Positions 13,233 to 23,350 of a stretch of 64,000 nucleotides of DNA are shown here, in pieces. The DNA comes from Halieaceae bacterium. GTDB taxonomy: Bacteria > Pseudomonadota > Gammaproteobacteria > Pseudomonadales > Halieaceae. The translations under genes were made by a program, and so were the position numbers. How positions within the stretch are numbered: the first letter of the stretch is position 1; each line of letters opens with the position of its first letter. Under the pieces are notes generated by a model. It did not search any database. It worked only from the letters and a program-made list of their open reading frames with translations, and was not told where the DNA came from. The stretch is from assembly GCA_002721785.1 (NCBI GenBank), contig PBLO01000004.1:112452-176451 (forward strand), given 5' to 3'.

Positions 13233-14422
13233 GTGCCGCGCCTGATCAACTGAAATGGGTGGTTGATGATGTGATTCCGCATACGGCCGCCCTGAAGGCG
13301 CTGATGGGGGAGGTGACGATCTTGCCTGGGCGCGACATTACCCCGGGCACGATATCTGATGCAGATATTTTGCTGGTGCGCTCGATTACGCCAGTAAACG
13401 AATCGTTGCTTGCCGGAACCTCGGTGCAGTTCGTGGGGACAGCGACTGCAGGAGTGGACCACTTTGATATCGAAGCTATTGAGCGTCTCGGTGTGACGTG
13501 GGCCGCTGCACCGGGTTCCAACGCGGTGTCGGTGGTGGAATATGTTTTGTGTGCTTTGGCGACTGCAGGCTGGTTCGAGCGAGTGCTGTCGGGTTGCGCA
13601 GTTGGCCTCGTAGGTCTAGGGCAGGTCGGAGAGCGCCTGGCCCGCCGACTGTCTCATTTGGGGTGTCAGGTGCTGGCTTACGATCCGCTTCGGTTGGATT
13701 GGCCGAGTGATATCCGCCGTGCTGAGTTGGAGGAGGTCCTGTGCCAGCCTGTCATCTCACTGCACGCAAATCTTCATGATCACGGAGCTCACGCTTCCCG
13801 CGGGTTGTTGAATGCTGATCGGGCCGAGCAGATGGTTATCGCCTTATCCAAGCGAGACGACGATGGATTATTCATCAACGCAGGCCGTGGCGACCTGATG
13901 ACACTTGAGGCGCTGACGCGACTGGTTGACAGTCCCTGGACAGTAATACTCGATACCTGGCCAGGTGAACCTTCGCTGAGCGCTGAATTATTGTCTCGCT
14001 GTGACTGGGTCTCCCCTCATATTGCAGGGCATTCGGTCAAGGCGAGAGAGAATGGCAGTGATCTGTTGGCCGCGGCGGTGGCTCGCTGGGCCGGTGTCGA
14101 GACGCCAGGTTCGCATGATCTTCCAGATCAAGATGACTCTGCTATTAACGTCGAGATCCTGAGCGGGGCGCTCGGCGCTACGGACAGCGAAGTGACCGCA
14201 TGGATGGCTGGATTTTTGCATCAGCAAAGCACCCTCCCTGGGGAGAATGCGCGCCTGCGTGAAGCGGCCAAAGCCGGACTCACTTCGGTAGAGTTCGATC
14301 AATTGCGAAAGTCCTATCAGCAACCGGCGGAGTGGACGGGTCAGCGCGTAACACTGCCCGTTAGCGCCAGTCGCCACAGAGCGGCCGCCGAGCGATTAGG
14401 TTTAAAAGTAACGTCCGAATGA
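13229..14422 (+). CDS. pdxB: erythronate-4-phosphate dehydrogenase
   Basis: 397 aa. [34 protein letters not shown] closely parallels the PdxB N-terminus. It has the NAD motif GLVGLGQVG. The ATGA overlaps the epmC stop. Confidence 0.85.
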   Translation: MSAAPDQLKWVVDDVIPHTAALKALMGEVTILPGRDITPGTISDADILLVRSITPVNESLLAGTSVQFVGTATAGVDHFDIEAIERLGVTWAAAPGSNAVSVVEYVLCALATAGWFERVLSGCAVGLVGLGQVGERLARRLSHLGCQVLAYDPLRLDWPSDIRRAELEEVLCQPVISLHANLHDHGAHASRGLLNADRAEQMVIALSKRDDDGLFINAGRGDLMTLEALTRLVDSPWTVILDTWPGEPSLSAELLSRCDWVSPHIAGHSVKARENGSDLLAAAVARWAGVETPGSHDLPDQDDSAINVEILSGALGATDSEVTAWMAGFLHQQSTLPGENARLREAAKAGLTSVEFDQLRKSYQQPAEWTGQRVTLPVSASRHRAAAERLGLKVTSE

Positions 14423-14432
14423 GGGAGTGGTG

Positions 14433-14846
14433 ATGTCCGGGCAAGATAAAGACGAAGCAGCTTGGCGAGAGCAACTGACCGCCGAGGAGTTCTATGTACT
14501 GCGCGAGAAGGGCACGGAGCGGGCTTTTACCGGCGAGTACTGGAATGTGTGGGAGGAGGGCACCTATCACTGCCGCGGCTGTGGTGAGGTGCTGTTTCAA
14601 TCCGACACCAAGTTCGATGCCGGGTGTGGCTGGCCAAGCTTTGACAGGCCCGCGACTGAAGGTGCGATAGCGGAAGAGCGCGATACGAGCCACGGCATGA
14701 TCAGAACCGAGGTGATGTGCCAGAAATGCGGTGGCCATTTGGGCCACGTGTTCCCTGACGGACCAACAGAGACGGGGCAGCGCTATTGCATTAACAGCCT
14801 GTCAATCAAGCTCGAAGACGGTGATCAGTCGTCCGATAATGGCTGA
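14433..14846 (+). CDS. msrB: peptide-methionine (R)-S-oxide reductase
   Basis: It has the zinc CxxC pairs (CRGCG, CQKCG), GCGWPSF and a catalytic RYCINS motif. The ATG at 14433 follows GAGGGAG; the ORF track starts 6 nt earlier at a GTG. Confidence 0.93.
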   Translation: MSGQDKDEAAWREQLTAEEFYVLREKGTERAFTGEYWNVWEEGTYHCRGCGEVLFQSDTKFDAGCGWPSFDRPATEGAIAEERDTSHGMIRTEVMCQKCGGHLGHVFPDGPTETGQRYCINSLSIKLEDGDQSSDNG

Positions 14847-14865
14847 TTGATACGAGGGATAAAAA

Positions 14866-14941
14866 TGGAGCGGGAAACGAGGTTCGAACTCGCGACCTCA
14901 ACCTTGGCAAGGTTGCGCTCTACCAACTGAGCTATTCCCGC
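14866..14941 (-). tRNA. tRNA-Gly (anticodon GCC)
   Basis: The reverse complement GCGGGAATAGCTCAGTTGGTAGAGCGCAACCTTGCCAAGGTTGAGGTCGCGAGTTCGAACCTCGTTTCCCGCTCCA folds as a cloverleaf. The anticodon loop is TTGCCAA and the CCA end is encoded. Confidence 0.95.
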
Positions 14942-14946
14942 AGAAG

Positions 14947-15022
14947 TGGCGTCCCCTAGGGGGTTCGAACCCCTGTTCCCGCCGTGAAAGGGCGGTGTCC
15001 TAGGCCACTAGACGAAGGGGAC
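14947..15022 (-). tRNA. tRNA-Glu (anticodon UUC)
   Basis: The reverse complement GTCCCCTTCGTCTAGTGGCCTAGGACACCGCCCTTTCACGGCGGGAACAGGGGTTCGAACCCCCTAGGGGACGCCA is nearly identical to E. coli tRNA-Glu. The anticodon loop is CTTTCAC. Confidence 0.95.
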
Positions 15023-15162
15023 AGTGTCCTAACAACAGAAGGCGCGCATGTTAGTGACCCCCCAAGTGCGCGTCAAGGGCGAATTTACATTCCTTCTGAT
15101 GCGCCACTTGATTGGTTACACTACGCGCCCCGAAGCAGTCTGCCCAAACAGGATTTGTCCTT

Positions 15163-16080
15163 ATGCCCCACGCGCTGGAAATCAGAGGCCTGCAGAAGGT
15201 CTATGCCAATGGTTTTCAGGCGCTCAAAGGCATTGATCTGGAGGTGGCGCAAGGGGATTTCTTCGCGCTGCTGGGGCCCAATGGGGCGGGTAAGAGCACA
15301 ACGATCGGTGTGATCTGTTCACTCATTAACAAGACTGCGGGCACGGTGAGGGTAAAGGGCGTCGATATCGACGAGGACTTTCCTGGCGCAAAACGCCACC
15401 TCGGTGTCGTGCCTCAGGAATTTAACTTCAACGTGTTCGAGACGGTCGAAGATATTCTCATCCATCAGGCTGGCTACTACGGCATTCCATTAAAAACAGC
15501 TCTGGAGCGCATCGACACTTATCTCACTAAGCTCGGTCTGTCGGAGAAGCGCAAAACGCGCGCAAGGATGCTTTCTGGTGGGATGAAGCGCCGACTTATG
15601 ATTGCGCGAGCACTTATCCATGAGCCGAGCGTGTTGATATTGGATGAGCCCACTGCAGGCGTTGATATCGAGATGCGGCGCTCGATGTATGAATTTCTCA
15701 GGGAGATCAATGAAGCCGGCACGACGATTATCTTGACGACGCATTACCTGGAGGAGGCGGAGAGCCTGTGCCGCAATATCGCCATCATCAATCATGGTGA
15801 GATTGTGACCAACACATCCATCAAGAACCTTCTCCGCGAGCTACATCGGGAGACATTCATTCTCGACGCGCGCGAGCCGCTACCCGAGACGATACAAGTT
15901 CCGGGATTTGAAGTGTCCAGAGTCGATGAATTTTGCTTAGAGGCTCAGATCGAACAAGGTCAGGATCTCGCCGAATTGATGTCTCGGCTGCACGAATCTG
16001 GAATTAGCATTATTAGCATGCGCAATCGCGAAAACCGGCTCGAGCAGATGTTCGTGTCGTTACTGGAGCAAGCCTCGTGA
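15163..16080 (+). CDS. ABC transporter ATP-binding protein (ABC-2 exporter type, YadG-like)
   Basis: It has Walker A GPNGAGKST, the signature LSGGMKRR and Walker B ILDEPTAG. The start is placed at the ATG at 15163 (MPHALEIRGL) rather than the ORF-track 15112. Confidence 0.9.
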   Translation: MPHALEIRGLQKVYANGFQALKGIDLEVAQGDFFALLGPNGAGKSTTIGVICSLINKTAGTVRVKGVDIDEDFPGAKRHLGVVPQEFNFNVFETVEDILIHQAGYYGIPLKTALERIDTYLTKLGLSEKRKTRARMLSGGMKRRLMIARALIHEPSVLILDEPTAGVDIEMRRSMYEFLREINEAGTTIILTTHYLEEAESLCRNIAIINHGEIVTNTSIKNLLRELHRETFILDAREPLPETIQVPGFEVSRVDEFCLEAQIEQGQDLAELMSRLHESGISIISMRNRENRLEQMFVSLLEQAS

Positions 16081-16850
16081 GCCCTTACGAGCAGTACATC
16101 GCCTTACTCACGCTAATGCGCAAAGAGATTCGGCGCTACACCCGAATCTGGTCTCAGACGCTCTTGCCCTCTGCCATCACCATGTCGCTGTACTTCTTGA
16201 TATTTGGGGGCTTGATAGGCTCCCGCATCGGTGAAATGGGTGGCGTGAGCTATATGGAGTTTGTCGTGCCGGGGCTCATCATGATGGCGATCGTGACAAA
16301 CTCTTATGCCAACGTTGTCGCCTCGTTTTTTGGTGCCAAGTTCAATAACAGCATTGAAGAACTCTTGGTTTCACCCACGCCGAACCACATCATCTTGCTG
16401 GGGTTTGTATCAGGTGGCGTCAGTCGCGGCATGTTGGTTGCAGTCATTGTGACGTTGGTGGCATCGCTGTTCGTGGATCTCAATATTCACAGCTATGCGG
16501 TGGTTGTTGCGGTGGTGGCCCTCACTTCGGTTTTGTTTTCGCTATGTGGGCTGATCAACGCCGTATTCGCCAACACTTTCGATGACATCAATATCGTGCC
16601 GACATTCGTGCTCACCCCGCTCACTTATTTGGGTGGTGTGTTTTATTCGCTGGAGCTGCTGCCCGAGTTCTGGGCGACGGTCTCACAAGCGAATCCCTTG
16701 GTGTACGTTGTGAATGCCTTTCGTTTTGGCGTTTTGGGCGTCAGTGACGTGAGCGTAGGCTTTGCCTTCGGCATGATCGGAGCGTTCACCGTGGTGGCCT
16801 ATTGGTACGCGGCACACTTGTTGCGCACGGGCACCCGACTGAGAACTTGA
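16077..16850 (+). CDS. ABC-2 type transporter permease (YadH-like)
   Basis: 257 aa with six hydrophobic segments. The GTGA overlaps the stop of the upstream ATPase gene. Confidence 0.85.
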   Translation: MSPYEQYIALLTLMRKEIRRYTRIWSQTLLPSAITMSLYFLIFGGLIGSRIGEMGGVSYMEFVVPGLIMMAIVTNSYANVVASFFGAKFNNSIEELLVSPTPNHIILLGFVSGGVSRGMLVAVIVTLVASLFVDLNIHSYAVVVAVVALTSVLFSLCGLINAVFANTFDDINIVPTFVLTPLTYLGGVFYSLELLPEFWATVSQANPLVYVVNAFRFGVLGVSDVSVGFAFGMIGAFTVVAYWYAAHLLRTGTRLRT

Positions 16851-16855
16851 TCGGT

Positions 16856-17641
16856 ATGGTGGGTGTCCTCGGGCAGACGGTTGCCGCACCTGATTCGTAC
16901 GCTCCGGAGATTCTGGAGCCGATTCAGAGAGTGGGTAGAGATACGGGAGCGCCCTATGGATGCGACGTTTGGCATCTCTATGAGCTCTCATGGTGTGTAG
17001 GGGGTTCTGTCTCGCACTGGGTCGGGTGGTTATCGATACCCGCGCACTCACCGGCAACGGTGGAATCTAAATCGCTCAAGCTGTATCTCAATTCTTTGAA
17101 CTTCCATCGTTTCGATAGCGACGAGCAGGCCTTTGCAGTCATCGTCTCGGATATTTCCCAGGCTGCTGGTGCGACAGTGCAGCTTGAGTGCATCGGGGTT
17201 GATCAACTGAGCTCAATTACGGAAGAGTTGTCCGGCGTAAATCTGCCCGCTTGCAGTGAGAGTGAGGTGCCTGAGACAATCGATGGCGACGTGTTGACGC
17301 ATTCACCAGGGAAGGGAAATGTCGTGTCTGAACATGTGATCAGCCATAGCCTTAGGTCTCTTTGCCCAGTAACCGCTCAGCCGGATTGGGGCAGCCTATC
17401 CATTCGCTACGCGGGCAGGCCAATAGACCACAATAGTTTGTCTCGATATCTCAGCGCTTACAGAACCCATCAGGGCTTCCATGAGCAGTGCGTTGATCAG
17501 ATTTACGCCGATCTGATGACGCTGCAGCCAGAATCGCTACAAGTGACCGCTTTTTATCAGCGCCGCGGTGGCGTGGATATCACGCCTTGGCGCAGTTCTG
17601 AGCCCCTATCGATCCAGCCCCAGCGGTTAGGGCGCCAGTAG
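16856..17641 (+). CDS. queF: NADPH-dependent 7-cyano-7-deazaguanine reductase (two-domain type)
   Basis: DVWHLYELSW and ESKSLKLYLNSLNFHRF match the E. coli QueF motifs. The start is at the ATG at 16856, just after the permease stop; the ORF-track start at 16802 overlaps the permease. Confidence 0.9.
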   Translation: MVGVLGQTVAAPDSYAPEILEPIQRVGRDTGAPYGCDVWHLYELSWCVGGSVSHWVGWLSIPAHSPATVESKSLKLYLNSLNFHRFDSDEQAFAVIVSDISQAAGATVQLECIGVDQLSSITEELSGVNLPACSESEVPETIDGDVLTHSPGKGNVVSEHVISHSLRSLCPVTAQPDWGSLSIRYAGRPIDHNSLSRYLSAYRTHQGFHEQCVDQIYADLMTLQPESLQVTAFYQRRGGVDITPWRSSEPLSIQPQRLGRQ

Positions 17642-17646
17642 CCCCC

Positions 17647-18159
17647 ATGCTCTTCCAACGCATTAGCTTGGGTGCCCTATGTGGGGCGCTGCTCTGTATT
17701 GCCTCTGCGCTCTCGTCCGAGCCCTCGCGGAGTGCGCCTGGTCTGACGGAAACCGAGTTAAAAGCGGTGTTCCTACTGCGCCTTCCGCAGTTTGTGACGT
17801 GGCCTGAGGAAGGGCTGGGTCGCACTTTTTGCGTTGACGAAGGTTCAGAGGTCGCCTCTTTGCTCTCAGACATGATTGCGGCCGACCCCAAAGGAAGAGA
17901 GGTGCTGTCCCTCGCATCGACGCGTCTCAATGAATGTGACGTTGTCTTTAGCGTGTCGGAGTCACTGCAAGCGCAAGGTGGCCGACCGCAGCTTTGGGTG
18001 AGCGACGCCCCGGGCTTCGCACTCGACGGTGGCATGGTCGAGTTGAAGCGTCGCGGCGCTCGCATGGGCCTGGTCGTCAATGTCGGTGCACTGCGCTCCG
18101 TCGGCCTAAAAGCAAGTAGCAAGCTCTTGCAGCTCGCTGAAGTAGTGGGAGATGACTGA
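17647..18159 (+). CDS. YfiR-like (DUF4154-type) periplasmic protein
   Basis: 170 aa. It has a signal-like N-terminus, and [18 protein letters not shown] resembles the conserved opening of YfiR/DUF4154 proteins. Its stop overlaps the kinase start (TGATG). Confidence 0.6.
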   Translation: MLFQRISLGALCGALLCIASALSSEPSRSAPGLTETELKAVFLLRLPQFVTWPEEGLGRTFCVDEGSEVASLLSDMIAADPKGREVLSLASTRLNECDVVFSVSESLQAQGGRPQLWVSDAPGFALDGGMVELKRRGARMGLVVNVGALRSVGLKASSKLLQLAEVVGDD

Positions 18160-20144
18160 TGGGGGGTAATCGGAGAACCACATCGATTCACCGTCACCTC
18201 GCGTCAGTAGGTGCCGCTATCACCGGAGTGATTGGTGGCCTGTTTTTGATGGTATTGGTCGGTGTCTCGCTGGATACCTCGCGCGAGCAGATGATTGAGC
18301 GCAACGAAGCACTGGGACGGGTTCTTGCGGAAAATCTCACGGCGTCGATTGCGTTCCAGGACCCAGTTACTGCGAGGGAGTTACTCACCGGTCTGCGCAC
18401 AGTAGAGGAGGTCATGGCAGCGGATCTGATGCTGCCCGGCGGTGATCTGTTTGTGGCGTACCGGCGCTCAGGCATTGATGGGATCAATACCGCACCGATT
18501 TATGCGACGGATCTAGACGTGCCCGTGGTGCTGGATGACGAGCAGATAGCGACTCTGACGCTGCGAGTTGACCTTTGGCCTGTTTATCAGCAGCAGATAT
18601 GGATATCGGGTATCGCGCTGATCCTGTGGCTGGCGAGTTTGGTGGCGGCCTATCTCATGTCGCGTGCGCTGAATGCGCGTATCACTGGCCCGCTCGGCGA
18701 ATTGGCGGACATGATGTCAGGCGTGACTGAAACGGAGGACTACGGCCAGCGCTTTCACTATGAGGTCCGCAACGAGCTGGGGGCAGTGGTTGATGCCTTT
18801 AACGAGATGCTTGCGCGGATTGGCGACCGTGAGCAAAGGCTTCGACAGATGATTGTCGAGCTCGAGGAGGCGAGAGATCAGGCGGAGTCAGCGGCACGAT
18901 CCAAGTCGAGCTTTCTGGCCAACATGTCACACGAGATTCGCACGCCGATGAACGGTGTCATGGGAATGATTGCGTTGCTCAAAGAGGGCGACCTCTCGGA
19001 TCAGCAGAGAGCGTATTTTGAGACGATCGAGCGATCGGCGGATGCGCTTCTGTTGATCATTGACGATATTTTGGATTTCACAAAAATTGAGGCGGGGCGC
19101 TTGGCCCTCGAGACGTCGATCTTCTCCCTGCGTGACAGTCTTGATTCCATCGAGGCGCTCTTCGCTGAGCCTGCGGCGCAGAAGGGTTTGCTTCTTGATT
19201 TCTCCACATCACCCAATATGCCTGACAGCGTTGAGGGTGACGCCGGTCGCATTCGTCAAATCTTGCTGAACCTCATAGGTAACGCAGTGAAGTTCACGGA
19301 TGGCGGCCGTGTGGATGTGTCCTCGGAGGTCGTGTCATTGAAGTCGGGGCAGCGCATTCGGTTTATGGTCACGGATACTGGCCCCGGTATCCATCCGGAC
19401 GATCAGGCGCGCATTTTTGGTGAGTTTTATCAGGCCGATGTCAGCCTCACGCGTGCGCATGGTGGCACTGGCCTCGGCCTGGCGATTACTGAGCAGCTGG
19501 TCCGGTTGATGGACGGGGAAATTGGATTTGAGTCAACCTGGGGCGAAGGATCACGTTTCTGGGTAGAACTGCCGCTGGTGCACAGTCACTCTATCCATGA
19601 CAACGAGGCTGCAAAGAGCAACCGCAGTGACGCCACTTATAAGGAGGCGGCGAGGCTTGAACGCCTGACCAATCCTGCTGCGGCGGCCTCAGCGCCTTCG
19701 ACTGGCTCCACAAAACATCCATTACCCCAATCGGATAGTTTGAGAGTCTTGGTGGCGGAGGATTCTGAAGTCAACCAATTCATCATGCGGGAACTGCTGG
19801 CCAAATGGGGTATCGACATTGACATTGCAGCGAACGGGGTCGAAGCCGTCCGCGCTTTTGAGAGCAGAGCCCTTGATTTGATTCTGATGGACATTCAAAT
19901 GCCCGAGATGGACGGTCTCGAAGCCACTCGCCGGATTCGCGCGCTGCAGCGGGAGCAGGGTGTGCATACGCGGTGTGTGATTGTTGGTCTGTCGGCGCAC
20001 GCCATGGCGGGCGACAAAGAGCGGTATATGGCGGAGGGAATGATGGACTATCTCACCAAGCCCATCTGCACCGAGGCCTTACAGGACGTATTGGATAAGT
20101 GTCTGAAACAAAAAAGGGACGAGACAAACCAAGGAGGGAGATGA
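18159..20144 (+). CDS. hybrid sensor histidine kinase/response regulator
   Basis: 661 aa. It has two TM segments bracketing a roughly 110-aa periplasmic loop, then a HAMP-like linker, the H-box [10 protein letters not shown], the N-box NLIGNAVKF, the G-box GGTGLGL, and a C-terminal receiver domain ([11 protein letters not shown]...[13 protein letters not shown]...TKP). Confidence 0.92.
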   Translation: MGGNRRTTSIHRHLASVGAAITGVIGGLFLMVLVGVSLDTSREQMIERNEALGRVLAENLTASIAFQDPVTARELLTGLRTVEEVMAADLMLPGGDLFVAYRRSGIDGINTAPIYATDLDVPVVLDDEQIATLTLRVDLWPVYQQQIWISGIALILWLASLVAAYLMSRALNARITGPLGELADMMSGVTETEDYGQRFHYEVRNELGAVVDAFNEMLARIGDREQRLRQMIVELEEARDQAESAARSKSSFLANMSHEIRTPMNGVMGMIALLKEGDLSDQQRAYFETIERSADALLLIIDDILDFTKIEAGRLALETSIFSLRDSLDSIEALFAEPAAQKGLLLDFSTSPNMPDSVEGDAGRIRQILLNLIGNAVKFTDGGRVDVSSEVVSLKSGQRIRFMVTDTGPGIHPDDQARIFGEFYQADVSLTRAHGGTGLGLAITEQLVRLMDGEIGFESTWGEGSRFWVELPLVHSHSIHDNEAAKSNRSDATYKEAARLERLTNPAAAASAPSTGSTKHPLPQSDSLRVLVAEDSEVNQFIMRELLAKWGIDIDIAANGVEAVRAFESRALDLILMDIQMPEMDGLEATRRIRALQREQGVHTRCVIVGLSAHAMAGDKERYMAEGMMDYLTKPICTEALQDVLDKCLKQKRDETNQGGR

Positions 20145-21250
20145 TGATACGGCAACGTAAAACGTTAGCGGGGCGTGATACCCGTGCTTCGGTGATGATG
20201 ATCATCACGTCGGGATTGTGTGTTGTCTTGCCTCTTGGCGCGATGGGCCAAACGGTGCCTACCGACCTGCTCGATTTATCGATTGACGAGTTGTTTGACG
20301 CCAACATTGTCAGTGAGGCTGATCAGGTAGAGCGTTCACGAAAGTGGCACGTGTCCTACACCTATGCCGTCTCAGACTACGATGAGTACTACATCGGCAG
20401 CAGCTCTGTGACTTACGAGGATGTGCTCTTTCGGCCCGGCGTCGATGCCCGGACGGAAAACAACTATCCCGTAGTGCCAACTGAGATTACACAAGAAGTC
20501 CATGCGATCAGAGTGGGCTATGACCTGACAACGGCAACCACTGTGAGGGCGCAAATTCCCTTCGTGATGCAGAGCACGGATCACATTTCGATTGTCCCGG
20601 GTTACGACGCCTTCAACATTAGCTCCGAGGGAATCGGTGACGTGACGGTTGTCGCCGATACCACTCTAAGCCAATCGCTGAATAGCATTTGGAAGGCTGG
20701 GGTGGGTGTGAGTATCCCCACGGGTTCGATTGACGAGGAGGGTGATACGCCCCGGGCTCCGGGTGACCAACAGCTCCCTTACACCATGCAGTTGGGATCA
20801 GGAACCTGGGACTTCCCGTTGTTTTTAAGCTTCCGGAAATATGAAGCACGCTGGGACTGGGGTATGGATGTAAGTTACACGCTTCGAACCGGCAGTAATG
20901 ATCGTGACTACCGGCTCGGCAACAAGGCCAGCGTGGGTGGATGGCTGATGTGGAAAGCATCAGACGTATTCAAGCCGGGTGTTAGGCTCGATTATCGTTG
21001 GCGCGATGACATCGACGGAGAGGATGCGTCACTTAAGGTGCCGATCCCCGGTTTCCCCTATCCCGCGCCTGTGACGAACCCCAATACCTTTGGCGGTGAA
21101 CAGCTGGATCTCACGCTCTTCGCGCGACTGCCGCTTTCCGAGGGCTGGTACGTCGAGGCGGCCTATTCACAGCCGCTTTATCTTGACCTGCACGGACCGC
21201 AGTCGTCTGAAAAATTTCACTTCAGCTTAGAGATTGGGACGTCTTTCTAG
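20141..21250 (+). CDS. outer-membrane beta-barrel protein (MetA-pathway/transporter-like family)
   Basis: It has a signal-like N-terminus, alternating beta-strand patterns, GIGD and LGSGTWD motifs, and a C-terminal ...EIGTSF ending in Phe. The start at 20141 (SD GGAGGGAG) overlaps the kinase stop (ATGA). Confidence 0.65.
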   Translation: MMIRQRKTLAGRDTRASVMMIITSGLCVVLPLGAMGQTVPTDLLDLSIDELFDANIVSEADQVERSRKWHVSYTYAVSDYDEYYIGSSSVTYEDVLFRPGVDARTENNYPVVPTEITQEVHAIRVGYDLTTATTVRAQIPFVMQSTDHISIVPGYDAFNISSEGIGDVTVVADTTLSQSLNSIWKAGVGVSIPTGSIDEEGDTPRAPGDQQLPYTMQLGSGTWDFPLFLSFRKYEARWDWGMDVSYTLRTGSNDRDYRLGNKASVGGWLMWKASDVFKPGVRLDYRWRDDIDGEDASLKVPIPGFPYPAPVTNPNTFGGEQLDLTLFARLPLSEGWYVEAAYSQPLYLDLHGPQSSEKFHFSLEIGTSF

Positions 21251-21299
21251 CAAGGCGTGGTCTGGGGCGACGCGCTCGTGTGCTACACTCCGCGCCCAC

Positions 21300-21387
21300 G
21301 GAGAGGTGGCCGAGTGGTCGAAGGCGCACGCCTGGAAAGTGTGTATACGGCAACGTATCGAGGGTTCGAATCCCTCCCTCTCCGCCA
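21300..21387 (+). tRNA. tRNA-Ser (anticodon GGA)
   Basis: GGAGAGGTGGCCGAGTGGTCGAAGGCGCACGCCTGGAAAGTGTGTATACGGCAACGTATCGAGGGTTCGAATCCCTCCCTCTCCGCCA has a long variable arm, the anticodon loop CTGGAAA, and an encoded CCA. Confidence 0.95.
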
Positions 21388-21506
21388 ATTTCTAGCCAAG
21401 CTCCTCGGGTGTCAGGGGCTTGGGAACACGCCCTCTCTTCTGAGTCACACTCTGCGGGCCGGAGGCACTTGAGCTAGACGAGAGAATGAGTCCGCTAGCA
21501 CTGCAT

Positions 21507-22733
21507 TCAGTCCTCTCTCAATGCGGCCGTGATACGCTCAACCGCCTCCATGGCGGTGAAGAAAGGTTGGTCAGGCAGAATGTTCCACCCTGTCAGCACG
21601 ATCACCAGATCCAGTTCAGGTAAGAAGACCGGTCTTTGTCCACCGAATCCCTTCCCAAAATACGCCATCAGGTTTTGTTCCTCGAAAGTATAGGGGTGAG
21701 ACCACCAGAGATAGCCATAGGCCTCTTCACCCTCTGCGCCAGTCGCATAATGCGGTGCGGTCGATTCTTGTACCCATGCGGCCGGGATGATTTCCTCATT
21801 TCGCCAGCGACCCTCTTGAAGAAAAAGCTGCGCAATTTTTGCGAGACTCCGTGTCGAAATATAGAGGCCTTCTTGGGTGTCAGTCAGACCAAATGGCGTT
21901 CTATCCCAGTAGTAGTCAGCGATGCCCAGAGGGCTGAATAGGTGCTTGACTGCGTATTCCTCAATATCGACTCCGGTAGCGATACGGAAAATATGTCCCA
22001 AGATAAGTGTGGCGCCGCTGTTGTAATTAAAGACGCTTCCAGGCTCCCGTGCCATGGGCAGGTCGAGTGTGTACTGGACCCAATTATGCTGCTGTGCCAT
22101 GACAGCGAACGAGTTGAGGGGGTCGTTGTAGGGAAGGTTTTCGTTCCACAGTAAGCCGTCACTCATGGTCAGCAGGTCGCGAAGTGTCATGGCTCGCTTG
22201 CTCTGGTCGACGTGTTTGACCGAAGCCTCGTCGAAGAATTTCAGCACCGGCGTATTCAGATCAGGGAACTCACCTCGCGAAATCGCGATTCCAACTAGCG
22301 CAGACACCACAGATTTGGTTACTGACTGCATAGAGTGGAGTGTTGTGTTTCGGTAGTACGGGTGCCACCAGGGGTTGAAGTAGTTGTAGGGGCCGCTGGG
22401 GTCATTCACGACCAGAGGGCCGGGCGTATTGGCCTCTCGGCCGTATATCGATGGATAATCGTGCTCGTAGTACTCCTCGAATATCAATTTGCCGTGCCTA
22501 GCTACCAAGAACGAGTCGATATACCCGTAGCGTCCGTCTTCAATGTCTTGATGGATCGAGGAAAGTGCTTCCTCCGAGAAGCCCGCGTCCCGCGCTGACG
22601 CCTTATGCCAGCCAATGGATTGTGAGTCGTGCGAATAGGCAGAAGCAGATAATGCCAGGAATGTCGCGCAGAGCAGTCGCCCAGCGCTCGCCAACACCGC
22701 CGTGAGGGTTTCATGCATGGATATTATTCTCAT
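21507..22733 (-). CDS. serine hydrolase, beta-lactamase/transpeptidase-like family, exported
   Basis: 408 aa. It has a signal-like N-terminus, the SxxK motif in MQSVTKSVV, and a downstream YNS-type motif (FNYNSGA). Confidence 0.85.
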   Translation of the reverse strand: MRIISMHETLTAVLASAGRLLCATFLALSASAYSHDSQSIGWHKASARDAGFSEEALSSIHQDIEDGRYGYIDSFLVARHGKLIFEEYYEHDYPSIYGREANTPGPLVVNDPSGPYNYFNPWWHPYYRNTTLHSMQSVTKSVVSALVGIAISRGEFPDLNTPVLKFFDEASVKHVDQSKRAMTLRDLLTMSDGLLWNENLPYNDPLNSFAVMAQQHNWVQYTLDLPMAREPGSVFNYNSGATLILGHIFRIATGVDIEEYAVKHLFSPLGIADYYWDRTPFGLTDTQEGLYISTRSLAKIAQLFLQEGRWRNEEIIPAAWVQESTAPHYATGAEGEEAYGYLWWSHPYTFEEQNLMAYFGKGFGGQRPVFLPELDLVIVLTGWNILPDQPFFTAMEAVERITAALRED

Positions 22734-22988
22734 AGTCGCTTTCGTGCTGAGGCGGACAGTGTACGACGTTGCGCATGAAACACAGTATCGTGCCCTACTG
22801 CAGAGCGCTGTCTAAAGCCAAGAAGGTCTCAGTCGACTGGTGCATGGCAGCTTCCCCGGGCAGTGCTCAATATCTAAGCTTGCACCAGCGTCAGCACAAA
22901 GCTATTTCACCCGCTGGTCTGCGCGCAACGGACTCGTGCTATTCCGCTACAGTCGGAAAGTCTCATTTGCGACGGAGCGGCTTTACCG

Positions 22989-23189
22989 ATGATCTATTTC
23001 AGACTATTTACGGTGATGTTAGCCACAGTGTTCATGTTGGTCATTTTTTACGGTGACCTCTCAACTGTACAGTCACTACTGGCCGGTCTGTGCGGAGGTT
23101 TCGTCTCAGTGGTGGCTGCTCAGAATAACGATGGCTCCCGGTTGAAAGCGCTTGAAAAGCGGATCGAGGAGTTAGAAGCTCTGCGTTGA
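22989..23189 (+). CDS. possible small membrane protein
   Basis: 66 aa. It has two hydrophobic segments followed by an amphipathic tail LKALEKRIEELEALR. The SD is weak and I recognise no homology. Confidence 0.25.
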   Translation: MIYFRLFTVMLATVFMLVIFYGDLSTVQSLLAGLCGGFVSVVAAQNNDGSRLKALEKRIEELEALR

Positions 23190-23350
23190 TGGTTTTTAAT
23201 TCGCGGCTGCGCTTAGAGGGGGCAAGCGTCCTATGGGGAGGCTCTTCTTGCACGCGATCGACTGTCAATGCTGACGGGGGCGGTGAAAAGTCGTAGGCAC
23301 CGTTATGGCGAGCGGCTGCATATTATCTTCGAGGAAGAGGGACGGGCTAG

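Noticed and set aside
14984-15313. 109-aa plus-strand ORF, and the overlapping 15048..15236 ORF, upstream of the ABC ATPase gene.
   Set aside because: The first overlaps the tRNA-Glu gene on the opposite strand, and both run into the ABC ATPase coding region in another frame. The ATPase has a better start at 15163.
20099-20140. Longer N-terminus of the outer-membrane protein (ORF-track start 20099).
   Set aside because: The extension lies inside the kinase coding region and is highly basic with no signal-peptide character. The ATG at 20141 has a strong SD and an ATGA overlap with the kinase stop.
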